A stretch of 64,000 bases of DNA from Deltaproteobacteria bacterium (GTDB taxonomy: Bacteria; Myxococcota_A; Polyangia; Fen-1088): NCBI GenBank assembly GCA_033763315.1, contig JANRKS010000032.1:320001-384000 (forward strand). The letters run 5' to 3'. The translations under genes were made by a program, and so were the position numbers. This document shows positions 1 to 10,579 of this stretch, piece after piece; position 1 is the stretch's first letter; every line of letters starts with the position of its first letter. The notes beneath the pieces are model-generated. The model was not told the origin of the DNA. It saw nothing but the letters and a program-made list of their open reading frames with translations, and did not search any database.

Positions 1-287
1 CGGCTGTGGCCGCCGGCGTGGCGATGATGGCGGCTGGTGTTTATGCGGGTGCAGTCGATGGCAAGCTCATCGCGTGCCAGCCCGCAGAACGAGACATCAA
101 CGGTTTGTGCCCGAACGTGCGCGACACTGATGCATTGGCGCTGGCGTTCATGGGCGTGGGAGCGGCTTCGGCCACGATGGGGGGCGTGTGGCTTTGGATT
201 GCCAGCCAACAGGCCCCGGCCGAAGCCACCGCACCCTCACCGCAAACAAGCCGCTTGTGGGGGATGGGTTGGCGCGGCCAGTTCTAA
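1..287 (+). CDS. C-terminal part of a secreted/membrane protein (5' end outside window)
   Basis: Frame open from window edge; hydrophobic segments and terminal 'WGMGWRGQF' beta-strand-like end. Confidence 0.5.
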   Translation, partial: AVAAGVAMMAAGVYAGAVDGKLIACQPAERDINGLCPNVRDTDALALAFMGVGAASATMGGVWLWIASQQAPAEATAPSPQTSRLWGMGWRGQF

Positions 288-303
288 GCCGTTTGCCTCA
301 TGG

Positions 304-2517
304 TTACTGCGCCAGTTTGGCGTTTACGCGCGCAAGCCGTGCCGTGATCTGTGCGTTCTTGCCGCCTGCCAATTGGGCCGCGGTTTCATACGCCGTTTTC
401 GCTTCGGCAAAACGCAGCAGTTTGAAATACGCGTCGCCCAGGACCATGTGAGGTTTCGGGGCTCTCGGTGACAGGCGCGTGGCCCGGCGCGCGTAGTCCA
501 ATGCTGCGGTGTAATCCGAGCGCTCAAAGGCCACTTCAGCCAGTCCACCCACCGCGTCCCCACTTAATGGGTCAGCGCGAAGGGCTTTATTGAAGTTTGT
601 TTGCGCCGCCGCGTAATCACCGTCGTTCATCGCGGCCAAAGCCACTTTGATCGCGGCCGCTGCAGCGTTCACATCACGCGCAACGGCTTCGTCGGCGTTT
701 GCTGTGTCGCCCTTGGTCTTGCGGCCGTCTTTGCCTTTGCTGGCCTTGCCGGTTTTGTTGTCTTGCGGCTCGGGCGGCTTCTCTGCCACGGGCGGCGCCA
801 CTGCGGCGGGCGGTGGCTCTTGCAGCCTAGATCGCGTTTGTGCTTCCAGGTCTTGGGGATCCACCATCAGCACAAGTTGGTAAAGCGATCGGCCCTGGCG
901 GTGATCACCACGGTCCCAGGCTGCGCCTGCTTGTTGGCGAAGCGCGTCCGCCAACCTCGCCGTGACTTGCCCCTCTTTGTCGAGATCGGTGGCCTTTGTC
1001 AACGACAAGCGTGCTTCGGAGAAGCGGCCCGCTTTTGCCGATAGAAAGCCCGATGTGGCCGCTTCACGCAGTTCATCGCGCGGCGGTGGTGCCGGCGGTG
1101 GCGCTCCCTTGCTGGGGCGCTTCGAAAGGGCCTGGCGTTCAGCCGCAGTTAGTTCCGCCTTGCGCGCCAACTCTGCGTCGTCGGGTCGAAACTGCAGTGC
1201 CTCTTTGTATTTCACGATCGCCAAGTCACGCAGTCCTGCGTTGAGCAGATCATCGCCTGTGGCATTGAGTGCGGAGGCATAGGCTTTGCGCAAGCTTTGT
1301 GCGCCCAGCGACGTAACCTTCAACTCGGCCGCCACGGCTTCGGCTTGTGCGATGTAGTAAAGCGCTGAATCTGTGGCGGGCGCAACGAAGTGTTGGGCGC
1401 GCCCGGCCTTGTCGGCTTTTTCAAGCAGTTGGCCCACGCGTTCAGGCTCATCGGTGTTCGTCACTGGCACGCGCACAACCACTTCGCGGGGCGCGCGAAT
1501 GAAGCCAAAATAGACGGCCACGAAGATCGCCAGCAGCGCCACCCCCACCGCGGCCAGCAGCAAGCCTTTGCGCTGCACTCCCCGGCCGGGCATGCGCGAA
1601 GCCAAACGCGCCCGCCATTCGTCGTCCACCGAGGGCAGCGCCAAAACATCGTCCCACGCTGTGGCGAAACCACCTTCGATTTGCGCCTCACACAGCAACG
1701 CTTCCACCACGTCCATGCGTTGCGGACGCAAGTCGGGATCCTTCGACAACATCTGCAGCACCACTTGCTCAAGGCGTGGCGGCAAATCGGGCACAATCTC
1801 TGTGGGCGGCCGGGGCCGATCGCTGACCTGCTTGCGCAGCACCAGCACCGGGTCGTCCCCCGCAAATGGCACCTGCCCTGTCAACATCTCGTATGCCATC
1901 ACGCCCAGGCTGTAGATGTCGCTGCGGTGATCGTAGCCAGCTCCCGTGGCGCGCTCAGGCGGGATGTATTCCGGCGTGCCAGCGATTTTTTCTTCGCGCC
2001 CGCCTTGGTCCAAGAGGCCCGCGATGCCGAAGTCCACAACCTTGACCGCGTCTTGACGCTGCTGATCCGCCAGCAGCATGACGTTGTCGGGTTTTACATC
2101 CAGGTGGATGATCCCTTTGTCGTGCGCGGCGCCAAGCGCTTTGCATACCTGCCGCAGAATCGGCAAGGCACGGGCGGGCGACATGACCCGCTCCGCATCC
2201 AGCACCTGTGCCAACGACTGGCCGTGCAGGAACTCCATGACGAAGAACACTTGGCCATCGGGCAAGGCGCCAAAATCCGTGACGTCGCAGATGTAGGGGC
2301 TGCCGATTTTGGAAGCGGCCCGCGCTTCTTGACGGAAACGTTCAACCGCCTCGGGCACCTGTGCGATTTCGGGGAGAAGCGTCTTGAGCGCCACGCGCTT
2401 TTCAAGATCGATGTGCTCCGCGGCGTAGATCGCGCCCATGGCGCCTTCACCCACCCGCGACAGCACGCGGTAACGGGTTCCCGGAATCACATCGCCAGGG
2501 GATAGGTGGGCCGTCAT
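304..2517 (-). CDS. Membrane Ser/Thr protein kinase with C-terminal TPR-like region
   Basis: GEGAMGAIY, VALK, HLDVKPDN, DFG, GTPEYIPPE; TM helix (LLLAAVGVALLAIFVAVYFGF); TPR-like repeats (ALRADPLSGDAVGGLAEVAF, PHMVLGDAYFKL). Confidence 0.9.
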   Translation of the reverse strand: MTAHLSPGDVIPGTRYRVLSRVGEGAMGAIYAAEHIDLEKRVALKTLLPEIAQVPEAVERFRQEARAASKIGSPYICDVTDFGALPDGQVFFVMEFLHGQSLAQVLDAERVMSPARALPILRQVCKALGAAHDKGIIHLDVKPDNVMLLADQQRQDAVKVVDFGIAGLLDQGGREEKIAGTPEYIPPERATGAGYDHRSDIYSLGVMAYEMLTGQVPFAGDDPVLVLRKQVSDRPRPPTEIVPDLPPRLEQVVLQMLSKDPDLRPQRMDVVEALLCEAQIEGGFATAWDDVLALPSVDDEWRARLASRMPGRGVQRKGLLLAAVGVALLAIFVAVYFGFIRAPREVVVRVPVTNTDEPERVGQLLEKADKAGRAQHFVAPATDSALYYIAQAEAVAAELKVTSLGAQSLRKAYASALNATGDDLLNAGLRDLAIVKYKEALQFRPDDAELARKAELTAAERQALSKRPSKGAPPPAPPPRDELREAATSGFLSAKAGRFSEARLSLTKATDLDKEGQVTARLADALRQQAGAAWDRGDHRQGRSLYQLVLMVDPQDLEAQTRSRLQEPPPAAVAPPVAEKPPEPQDNKTGKASKGKDGRKTKGDTANADEAVARDVNAAAAAIKVALAAMNDGDYAAAQTNFNKALRADPLSGDAVGGLAEVAFERSDYTAALDYARRATRLSPRAPKPHMVLGDAYFKLLRFAEAKTAYETAAQLAGGKNAQITARLARVNAKLAQ

Positions 2518-2587
2518 CTAAACGCAATTGCCTCCAGGCCACTGTACCATTGCACGTTGCCGCCGCCCTACCGCCCGTCGAGCGGAC

Positions 2588-2624
2588 AAAAAAAAGCCCA
2601 ACTCTCGTGAAAGAGCTGGGCTTT
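2588..2624 (-). terminator. Intrinsic terminator of the small lipoprotein gene
   Basis: Minus strand AAAGCCCAGCTCT-TTCACG-AGAGTTGGGC followed by a T8 tract. Confidence 0.8.
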
Positions 2625-2676
2625 CCTTTCCCTTTTGCTGACCGACTTAGAGACTAAGCCGGAAACGGGACGGGTA

Positions 2677-2931
2677 TTAGCCGTTGGTCGAAGCGTCGCC
2701 AGCGTCAGCTGTTTGCGCGTCGGTAGCGGCATCTGTGCCCGAGTCGAGCTTAGGTGCAGCGTCCAGTTTGGGGCCTGGGGTTGTGTCGCCCACAGAGGTG
2801 TCAACGGAACCGTCGCCGGCCGCTGCATCCGTCGGCGATTCTCCACCGTCGTCGTCGCAGCCCACGAGGGCCAACGGCAACGCGAGGACGGCTGTTAGGC
2901 CAAGGATCTTGAATAGTGTATTAAGGCGCAT
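2677..2931 (-). CDS. Small acidic lipoprotein (84 aa)
   Basis: ATG 2931 with GGAAGGAG RBS; signal peptide and lipobox LVGC; Asp/Ala/Gly-rich disordered body. Confidence 0.75.
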   Translation of the reverse strand: MRLNTLFKILGLTAVLALPLALVGCDDDGGESPTDAAAGDGSVDTSVGDTTPGPKLDAAPKLDSGTDAATDAQTADAGDASTNG

Positions 2932-3063
2932 TTTCTTTAGGTCTCCTTCCAACAAATCAGCAAAAGTCTCGTGAAAAGTCGCGAGGAAATTACACAGCCG
3001 GGGGCACATTGTCCACATTTTTTCGGCATGCGCCATCGTTTAACCCGATATGTGTTTCCAAGG

Positions 3064-3852
3064 TTAACGCCCGTCTAACCCGTTGTTTCTTAAGGCCGTC
3101 TCCGTGTTTCTAAGGGCGAGAACGACACTCACGACCCAGTTAGACATGACATAAAAGTAGGAAGTCATGGCAAAATCGGGTCTCCATCCGTCGGGGACGA
3201 GGCGTGTCTGAACTTGGTAAAATTCGCTCATTCGCACGCCGATTGGCACGTCAACCTGGGCTTCTTGGAACCCGAAAAAGCGCTGTGCCAGGGGGTGCCC
3301 GGCCTTGTACACCGCCTCCTTTATGGAGAACGCGCGCCGGGCGTAGGTCATTCGCTCCCCGTCGGTGGTGCCGGTCACGGCGGCGAGTTCCTCGGCACGG
3401 AGCACCCGCCGGCTGATGTCTATCTGTCCGGGGCCGTCGTGTTCAAGGTCGATGCCCAAGGCACCTTCGCCGGTCGCCACCTGCGCCACGGCGATCGCTA
3501 ACGTGGATTTGTGGCTGATCGACCCCCACGCCCCGGTCGGCAACCGCGGCGCGCCTGATTCGTTTGTCAGGATCGCCGCGGCGGCATCCACACCCGCGGC
3601 TCGCAGTGCCGCGCGCAAGGCGAGGCGGCCGCCCACATATGTGCGCGCCCGGTGCTCCGACATGTCGGCCGCCGCGGCCGCTTCGTCGGGGTGAAGGCGC
3701 GCCAGGGTCTGCTCGTCGGCGCGGCCGTGCTCGGGCAAGCGCACGGCCACACAAGGGCCAAGCGGAGAGCTCAGCCGGAAGGCTTCCTCGAACGGCGCTG
3801 CGTTCGCGTCGCCCGGATGGTTTGTGCCGTCTGATTTCACCGCCGCCCCCAT
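3064..3852 (-). CDS. 4'-phosphopantetheinyl transferase (EntD/Sfp-like)
   Basis: GRLALRAAL, GAPRLP, GSISHK, LGIDLE, FSIKEAVYKA motifs. Confidence 0.9.
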   Translation of the reverse strand: MGAAVKSDGTNHPGDANAAPFEEAFRLSSPLGPCVAVRLPEHGRADEQTLARLHPDEAAAAADMSEHRARTYVGGRLALRAALRAAGVDAAAAILTNESGAPRLPTGAWGSISHKSTLAIAVAQVATGEGALGIDLEHDGPGQIDISRRVLRAEELAAVTGTTDGERMTYARRAFSIKEAVYKAGHPLAQRFFGFQEAQVDVPIGVRMSEFYQVQTRLVPDGWRPDFAMTSYFYVMSNWVVSVVLALRNTETALRNNGLDGR

Positions 3853-3914
3853 CTACCACGCGCTTTCGGGCCGTGGTGACCGCAGCCTTGCGCCACGCCG
3901 GGGCCTGGGCCATA

Positions 3915-3941
3915 TTCATCCGTTAATCTGGATGAACGGAT
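3915..3941. promoter_or_regulatory. Palindromic operator candidate upstream of metH
   Basis: TTCATCC-N8-GGATGAA, overlapping ATCCGTT...AACGGAT, in the divergent PPTase/metH intergenic region. Confidence 0.45.
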
Positions 3942-4013
3942 ATATGCCGAGGCGGGCCCGCCCACCCCGGTTGTGCCAAATCGACCTTTTCGCCGTATGA
4001 CCAAGGCCTCCCG

Positions 4014-7000
4014 ATGATTCACCCGCTCAAGAAGATCCTCGCCAACCGCATCGCCATCATCGATGGCGCCATGGGCACCACCATCCGCACCTACGGCAAA
4101 ACCGAAGCCGACATCCGCGGCACGCGTTTCGCCGCTTCGAAGAAAGATTTGCTCAACAACGGCGATCTGTTTTCGCTGACGCAGCCCGAAATGATCTGCG
4201 ACATCCACCGCCGCTTCTTGGAGGCGGGGGCGGACATCGTTGAAACGAACACCTTCGGCGCCACCAGCATTTCGCAAAGCGAGTTCTTCGTGGACGATCC
4301 GCGCGAGCATGGCGGCCGTAAAGATCCTGCGTTTTATCAAGCCATCATTGACGACAAGTTCCTCAACGACCTGGCGTGGGAGATCAACGAGACCTCGGCA
4401 CGGCAGTGCCGCGAGTGGGCCGATCGGGTGGCCAACAAAGACGGGCGCCAGCGGTTCGTGGCCGGCGCCATTGGTCCGTTGACGGTTTCGCTTTCGAATT
4501 CTCCCGACGCCGACGACGCGGGCTTTCGTGTGATGACGTTTGATCAGGTCAAAGCCGCGTACATTCACCAAGTGCGCGCGTTGATCGCGGGCGGCAGCGA
4601 TGTGTTGCTGGTTGAGACAATCTTCGATTCGCTGAACGCCAAAGCCGCCTTGGTGGCCATTCGCGAAGTGTTCGATGCCGACGGCAAAGAATTGCCGGTG
4701 ATGGTTTCCGCAGCTGTCGGCCGCGGGGGCGAAACGATGATCTCCGCGCAGACGGTCGAGGCGCTGTGGAACTCGATCAAACACGTCAAGCCGTTGTCGG
4801 TGGGCCTTAACTGCTCGCTGGGGCCGGACTTGATGTATCCGTTCTTGGAAGAGCTGGCGCACAAGTCAGACGCAGCGATCTCCTGTTATCCGAACGCGGG
4901 TTTGCCAAACCCGTTGTCACCCACAGGGTTTGATCTTGAACCGCCTGACATGGCGCGCTTCTTGTCACAGTTCGCGCAATCGGGGCTCATCAACATCGCC
5001 GGTGGCTGTTGTGGCAACACGCCCGAACACATCGCCGCAATCGCCAAAGCATTGGATGGCCGCCATCCGCGTGAATTCGCGGAGGCCGCAAGCACCAAGG
5101 TGATTTCGGTGCCCGCTGATGTGCGGCCGCTGCGCCTCTCCGGCTCGCAGCCGTTTACCCAGCAGCCCGGCGTTTACATGATGATCGGCGAGCGCACGAA
5201 TGTGGCCGGCTCGCCCAAGTTCGCAAAGCTCATCAAGGAAGGCAATTACGCCGAAGCCGTCAGCATCGCTGTGCAACAGGTGGAAAACGGCGCCAACGTG
5301 ATCGACGTGTGCATGGACGAAGGCATGATCGACGGCGTGGCCGCGATGACGCGCTTCTTGCTGCTGCTTGGCAGCGAGCCCGACGTGGCCAAGTCGCCCA
5401 TCATGGTGGATTCGTCTAAATGGGAAGTGATCGAGGCGGGGCTCAAATGCTTGCAAGGCAAAGGCATCGTCAATTCGATCTCGCTTAAAGAAGGCGAAGA
5501 GAGATTCAAACAGAACGCCCGCACGGTGCTCAAGTACGGTGCCGCCGTGGTGGTGATGGCCTTCGATGAACAGGGCCAAGCCGCCACGCTGCAAGACAAG
5601 ATCCGCATCTGCGAACGGGCTTACCGCATCCTGGTGGATGAGGTGGGCTTTCCACCTGAAGACATTATTTTCGATCCCAACATCCTCACCGTGGCCACGG
5701 GCATGGAGGAGCACAACAATTACGCGGTGGATTTCATCGAGGCCACGCGCTGGATCAAGGCGAATCTGCCGCACGCGAAGGTCAGCGGTGGCGTTTCAAA
5801 TATCTCATTCAGCTTCCGCGGCAACAACCGCGTGCGTGAAGCCATGCACTCTGCCTTCCTTTACCACGCGATCGCGGCCGGCATGGATATGGGCATTGTG
5901 AACGCCGGCATGCTGGAGGTTTACGAAGAGATCGATCCCGAGCTCAAGGAGCTGGTGGAAGACGTGCTGCTCAACCGCCGCCCTGACGCCACCGAACGCT
6001 TGGTGGATTTTGGCGAGAAGCTCAAAGCTCAAGGCCAAGGTGGCGCCGCCGGCACAGGTGAGAAGAAGGAAGAGGAATGGCGCAAGGGCACTGTGGAAGA
6101 GCGCCTGTCGCACGCGCTTGTCAAGGGCATTGATGCGTTCATCGATGCCGATACCGAAGAAGCACGCGCCAAACTTGGCCGCCCGCTGGCGGTGATCGAA
6201 GGCCCGCTGATGGACGGCATGGGCGTGGTGGGCGATTTGTTCGGCGCCGGCAAAATGTTTTTGCCTCAGGTGGTCAAATCGGCGCGCGTGATGAAAAAGG
6301 CCGTGGCGTATCTGACGCCATTTATGGAAGCCGAAAAGGCCGCCATGGAAGCCGCAGGTCAAACGGTGAAAACCCAAGGCAAGATTGTGTTGGCCACCGT
6401 GAAGGGCGACGTTCACGACATTGGCAAAAACATCGTAGGCGTGGTCTTGGCGTGCAACAACTATGAAGTCTTCGACATGGGCGTCATGGTTTCGAGCGAG
6501 AAGATCTTGGCGAAGGCCAAAGAGGTCAAGGCTGATCTCATTGGTCTGTCTGGCCTCATCACGCCTTCACTGGACGAGATGGTGCACGTGGCGCGCGAGA
6601 TGGAACGCCAAGGCTTCACTTTGCCATTGCTGATCGGTGGCGCCACCACAAGCCGCGCCCACACGGCGGTGAAAATCGCGCAACACTACAGCCAACCCGT
6701 GGTGCACGTGCTTGATGCCAGCCGCGCGGTGCCGGTGACCACCAGCTTGCTCAGCGATGAACACAAGCCGGCGTTCGTGGCAGAACACAACGCCGAATAC
6801 GAACGCTTGCGGCAACTGCATTCGGGCCCCAAGCACAAACTGGCCAGCCTGCAAGAAGCGCGCGCCCGTCGCTCGCCCATCGAATGGCGCGCCGAAGACG
6901 TGCCGCAGCCTTCGTTCACGGGCGTTCGCGTGCTGAACGATTTCCCCTTGGCCACATTGCGCGAGTACATCGATTGGACGCCGTTTTTCCACACGTGGGA

Positions 7001-7820
7001 ACTCAAGGGCGTGTACCCGCGCATCCTTGAGCACGAAAAGTATGGTGAGCAAGCGCGGCAGATCTTTGCCGACGCGAACGCGTTGTTGGATCAGATCATC
7101 GCGAACAAGCTGATTCGTGCCAGCGGCGTGTATGGCATCTTTGCTGCAAACGCTGTGGGCGACAGCGTGGAGCTTTACACCGACGAGACCCGCACGAAAG
7201 TGCACGACCATTTGCACTTCTTGCGGCAACAGAACGACAAGCCAGGCGAGCCTTGCCGCAGCCTTGCCGATTTCGTGGCACCTAGGAGCACAGGTCTGCG
7301 AGATCACGTGGGCGGCTTTGCGGTCACGAGCGGCTTGGGCCTCAAAGAGTTGGTGGAAGGCTACAAGGCCCGTCACGACGACTACAACGCGATCATGGCC
7401 GAAGCGGTGGCCGATCGTTTGGCAGAGGCGTTCGCCGAATGTTTGCACAAGCGCGTGCGGGATGAATGGGGCTATGGCGCAAACGAAGGCTTGGCGCCCG
7501 AGGATCTCATCGCCGAGAAATACCGAGGCATTCGCCCGGCGGCCGGTTATCCCGCGTGCCCTGATCACACGGAAAAGGGCACCTTGTGGCGCCTGCTAAA
7601 TGTGGAAGCAAACACGGGCATCACGCTGACGGAATCGTACGCCATGTGGCCGGGTTCAAGCGTCAGCGGGCTTTACTTCGCCCACCCGGCGTCTCGTTAC
7701 TTCAGCTTGGGTAAGATCGATCGCGATCAGGTGGAGGATTACCACCAACGCAAAGGCCTCACGGTGGCCGAAGTGGAGCGATGGCTGGGCCCGAACTTGA
7801 ATTACGATCCGGGCCGTTAA
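4014..7820 (+). CDS. metH: Cobalamin-dependent methionine synthase
   Basis: DGAMGT, GLNC and GGCCG Zn ligands, IGERTNV pterin domain, [10 protein letters not shown]12 motif, [12 protein letters not shown] activation domain. Confidence 0.98.
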   Translation: MIHPLKKILANRIAIIDGAMGTTIRTYGKTEADIRGTRFAASKKDLLNNGDLFSLTQPEMICDIHRRFLEAGADIVETNTFGATSISQSEFFVDDPREHGGRKDPAFYQAIIDDKFLNDLAWEINETSARQCREWADRVANKDGRQRFVAGAIGPLTVSLSNSPDADDAGFRVMTFDQVKAAYIHQVRALIAGGSDVLLVETIFDSLNAKAALVAIREVFDADGKELPVMVSAAVGRGGETMISAQTVEALWNSIKHVKPLSVGLNCSLGPDLMYPFLEELAHKSDAAISCYPNAGLPNPLSPTGFDLEPPDMARFLSQFAQSGLINIAGGCCGNTPEHIAAIAKALDGRHPREFAEAASTKVISVPADVRPLRLSGSQPFTQQPGVYMMIGERTNVAGSPKFAKLIKEGNYAEAVSIAVQQVENGANVIDVCMDEGMIDGVAAMTRFLLLLGSEPDVAKSPIMVDSSKWEVIEAGLKCLQGKGIVNSISLKEGEERFKQNARTVLKYGAAVVVMAFDEQGQAATLQDKIRICERAYRILVDEVGFPPEDIIFDPNILTVATGMEEHNNYAVDFIEATRWIKANLPHAKVSGGVSNISFSFRGNNRVREAMHSAFLYHAIAAGMDMGIVNAGMLEVYEEIDPELKELVEDVLLNRRPDATERLVDFGEKLKAQGQGGAAGTGEKKEEEWRKGTVEERLSHALVKGIDAFIDADTEEARAKLGRPLAVIEGPLMDGMGVVGDLFGAGKMFLPQVVKSARVMKKAVAYLTPFMEAEKAAMEAAGQTVKTQGKIVLATVKGDVHDIGKNIVGVVLACNNYEVFDMGVMVSSEKILAKAKEVKADLIGLSGLITPSLDEMVHVAREMERQGFTLPLLIGGATTSRAHTAVKIAQHYSQPVVHVLDASRAVPVTTSLLSDEHKPAFVAEHNAEYERLRQLHSGPKHKLASLQEARARRSPIEWRAEDVPQPSFTGVRVLNDFPLATLREYIDWTPFFHTWELKGVYPRILEHEKYGEQARQIFADANALLDQIIANKLIRASGVYGIFAANAVGDSVELYTDETRTKVHDHLHFLRQQNDKPGEPCRSLADFVAPRSTGLRDHVGGFAVTSGLGLKELVEGYKARHDDYNAIMAEAVADRLAEAFAECLHKRVRDEWGYGANEGLAPEDLIAEKYRGIRPAAGYPACPDHTEKGTLWRLLNVEANTGITLTESYAMWPGSSVSGLYFAHPASRYFSLGKIDRDQVEDYHQRKGLTVAEVERWLGPNLNYDPGR

Positions 7821-7957
7821 CATCATATTGGGCCTGTTTGAGCGTCTCGGTGCCGTAACACGGACCCGTTGGGCGACGCGGGATGTCGGGCAAATTCCCG
7901 CCGCATCCCGCTGGGTTAACTTGGGTGCTTTAGCGGTGGGCAGGAAATGCCGAATGC

Positions 7958-10477
7958 TTGCCCGCCGTGTCTTTCCTGAACCCTAAACTCACGCACCTAG
8001 GCGAACGTTACGAACTCAAAAGCCAAGCGGGCACGGGTGGCATGGGGACGGTGTTTTCCGCCTACGACCGCCTCACCCGCCAGATGGTGGCCGTCAAAGT
8101 GCTGCACGGCAAAGGCGACACCGACGCCGCACGCTTCGAACGGGAAGCCGAACTGCTGGCCGAGCTGCGCCACCCCGCGATCGTGCGTTTCATTGATCAC
8201 GGCACCACGTCGCACGGAGAACCCTATTATGTAATGGAGTGGCTGGAGGGTGAAACGTTGGATGAACGTTTGGCCCGCGGCACATTGATGCCCAGTTTGG
8301 TGGCGCGTTTGGGCGCGCGGGTGATGGAGGCGTTGACGGTGGCTCACGAAAAGGGCGTCATTCACCGCGACATCAAGCCGACGAATATCTTTCTTTCCGG
8401 TTACCGCGTGGCCGACGCTAAGGTGATCGATTTTGGTGTGGCTCGCAAAACGGATGATGCCTTTCGTTTAACAAAACGGGGCAACACCGTGGGAACGCCG
8501 ATGTACAACGCGCCCGAGCAGGCGCGCGGCAAAGGCGATCTGGATGGACGCGTGGATGTGTTCGCGCTGGGCTGCGTGATGTACGAGGCCCTCACGGGCG
8601 AGCCTGCGTTCGCGGGTGATTCGCCGGGGCAAGTGATGTCGCGCATCGCGGGCGGGCAAGGCCCCGACCTGAGCAAGCGCCTGGTGACGCTTGATTCCGA
8701 GTTAAAGATGGCCTTGGCCTCGATGCTTTCTCACAACCGTGAGGATCGCCCCTCCGATCCCGCGGCCTTGTCGAAAACATTGGCGGCGATCGCCGATCGT
8801 CTGGCGCCACTGGAAGTGCCGATCGTGCCGTCACACACAGCGAACGTGCCTCCCAAGCGCACGGGCAAAGACGCGCTTTCGCACAATGAGCAGCGTGTGA
8901 TGACCGTGCTTGTGCTGGCGCGCTTGAGCAACCTGCAAGAGCGGGACATCAACGCCAACGCAGCGATGCGCGCGAGTTTGCTTTCGGACGATGTGGTGGC
9001 GGTGCTGGCGACGCTGCTTGAACCTTATGGCGGCCGCGTGGATCGCTTGCTGGATCGATCGGTGATCGTCACGGCGCCGGCGCTGCCTTCGGTGACCGAA
9101 CAAGCGGAGCAGATCGGCCGCATGGGCCTGCAGGTTGTGTCACGCTATCCAGACCTTTCGGTGGCGATGGCCACGGGCCGCGCGGTGTTGTTGGCGCGTT
9201 TGCCTGCAGGAGAAGTGATTGAACAAGCGGCGATGCTGCTCGAAGGTGGGGCGCCGGGTGTGGTGGTGATGGACGACACCTCGGCGCGCTTGCTCGCGGG
9301 CCGCTTCAGTGTGCTGCACGAACGTTCACAGCACATTTTGATGAGCGAACGCGACGGCGGCCTATCGCCGCGCCGTATCTTGGGCGAAGTGACGCCGTTT
9401 TGTGGCCGCGAGCGCGAGCTCGCTTCGTTGACGGGGCTTTTGGCCGAGTGTGTGGCCGACGATGTGTCACGCGCGGCGGTGATCGTGGCGGGGGCGGGCG
9501 TGGGCAAAAGCCGCCTGTTGGCCGAATGGGTGCGCCGCATGCGCGCCACGGCCGAGGATGTGGTGGTGATGCGCAGCCGCGCGATCCCCTTGAACGTGCC
9601 GCAACCGTTTGCGGCGTTGGGCGGCTTCTTCGCACAAGCCAATGTGTCGCCCGATCTGGATCCGGCGATGGCAAGCGAAGTGTTGAGCGATTGGCTCAAG
9701 GCTGCGTGCAAACAGCAACCGGTGATCGCGATCTTAGAAGACGCCCACGTGGCCGACACCAGTAGTTTGCAGTTGCTGGACAGCTTGCTGGCCCGGCTTG
9801 AGACGTTGCCGTTCTTGGTGGTGCTGACCGCGCGCCCTGAACTGGATGAACGCCTTCCGGATCTGTTCGAATCGCGGGCCCCGATGCGCATGCGTTTGCC
9901 TCCGTTGGCGAAACGTCATGCCGAAGTGGCGCTGCGAGGCCTGTTGCCCACGAGCCGTCCGGATTTAGATGAATGGATCTTGTCGCGGGCGCGAGGCAAC
10001 GCGTTTTGCTTGGAAGAGCTCGCGCGCCATTCGTTGCTGCCGGGCCGCGCGACCCTGCCCGAAACGGTGCTCGGCTTGGTGCACGCGGAGCTTGATGTGT
10101 TGGGCGGCGAGGGCAAACGCTTGCTGCGGGCCGCGAGTGTGTTCGGCATGTCGTTCACCACGGCGGGTGTGGCCGCTTTGCTTGGCGAAGCCACAGCGCC
10201 GCTGCTGGAAGAGCTCCTGGCCGGCCTGGCCGAGCGCGGGTATCTTGAACACACCCCGTTGAGCCCTGATGGCGAGTGGCGTTTCGTGGAGCCCGTTGTC
10301 CGCGAAGTGGCCTACGACACGCTGCCCGGCAGCGATCGCATTTTGGGCCGCCGCTTGGCGCGCGCCTTCCTCAGCAACGAGGGCCACGCCATCCCCACGG
10401 CCTTGGCCCCCGGCGAATCAAAGACCGAGATGACGCCCAGCCAGCTGCCAGCTCTATCGTTCTTGGCGCGGCGTTAA
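7958..10477 (+). CDS. Ser/Thr kinase - degenerate cyclase-like - STAND/AAA ATPase, no C-terminal TPR region
   Basis: GTGGMGTV, HRDIKPTN, DFG, GTPMYNAPE; FCGREREL, Walker A AGAGVGKS, Walker B ILEDAH; GNAFCLEEL; ends shortly after VREVAYDTL. Confidence 0.88.
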   Translation: MPAVSFLNPKLTHLGERYELKSQAGTGGMGTVFSAYDRLTRQMVAVKVLHGKGDTDAARFEREAELLAELRHPAIVRFIDHGTTSHGEPYYVMEWLEGETLDERLARGTLMPSLVARLGARVMEALTVAHEKGVIHRDIKPTNIFLSGYRVADAKVIDFGVARKTDDAFRLTKRGNTVGTPMYNAPEQARGKGDLDGRVDVFALGCVMYEALTGEPAFAGDSPGQVMSRIAGGQGPDLSKRLVTLDSELKMALASMLSHNREDRPSDPAALSKTLAAIADRLAPLEVPIVPSHTANVPPKRTGKDALSHNEQRVMTVLVLARLSNLQERDINANAAMRASLLSDDVVAVLATLLEPYGGRVDRLLDRSVIVTAPALPSVTEQAEQIGRMGLQVVSRYPDLSVAMATGRAVLLARLPAGEVIEQAAMLLEGGAPGVVVMDDTSARLLAGRFSVLHERSQHILMSERDGGLSPRRILGEVTPFCGRERELASLTGLLAECVADDVSRAAVIVAGAGVGKSRLLAEWVRRMRATAEDVVVMRSRAIPLNVPQPFAALGGFFAQANVSPDLDPAMASEVLSDWLKAACKQQPVIAILEDAHVADTSSLQLLDSLLARLETLPFLVVLTARPELDERLPDLFESRAPMRMRLPPLAKRHAEVALRGLLPTSRPDLDEWILSRARGNAFCLEELARHSLLPGRATLPETVLGLVHAELDVLGGEGKRLLRAASVFGMSFTTAGVAALLGEATAPLLEELLAGLAERGYLEHTPLSPDGEWRFVEPVVREVAYDTLPGSDRILGRRLARAFLSNEGHAIPTALAPGESKTEMTPSQLPALSFLARR

Positions 10478-10540
10478 GGCGGGGCTACCGCTTCGCATCC
10501 TCTTGAAGGATAACGCGACAGCAAAGGCGCTCTGCGTCTA

Positions 10541-10579
10541 GCCTTGCATTTTTAGTTATCGACACTAAAAATACAAGGC
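10541..10579. promoter_or_regulatory. Inverted repeat (operator candidate) abutting the ATG of the AAA/DUF4143 gene
   Basis: GCCTTGCATTTTTAGT-N7-ACTAAAAATACAAGGC, 15/16 complementary. Confidence 0.6.

Noticed and set aside
3064-3852. PPTase as sign of a local NRPS/PKS cluster
   Set aside because: No carrier protein or synthase genes in the window
7878-7911. GC hairpin after metH
   Set aside because: No U-tract; cannot be called a terminator or RNA element with confidence
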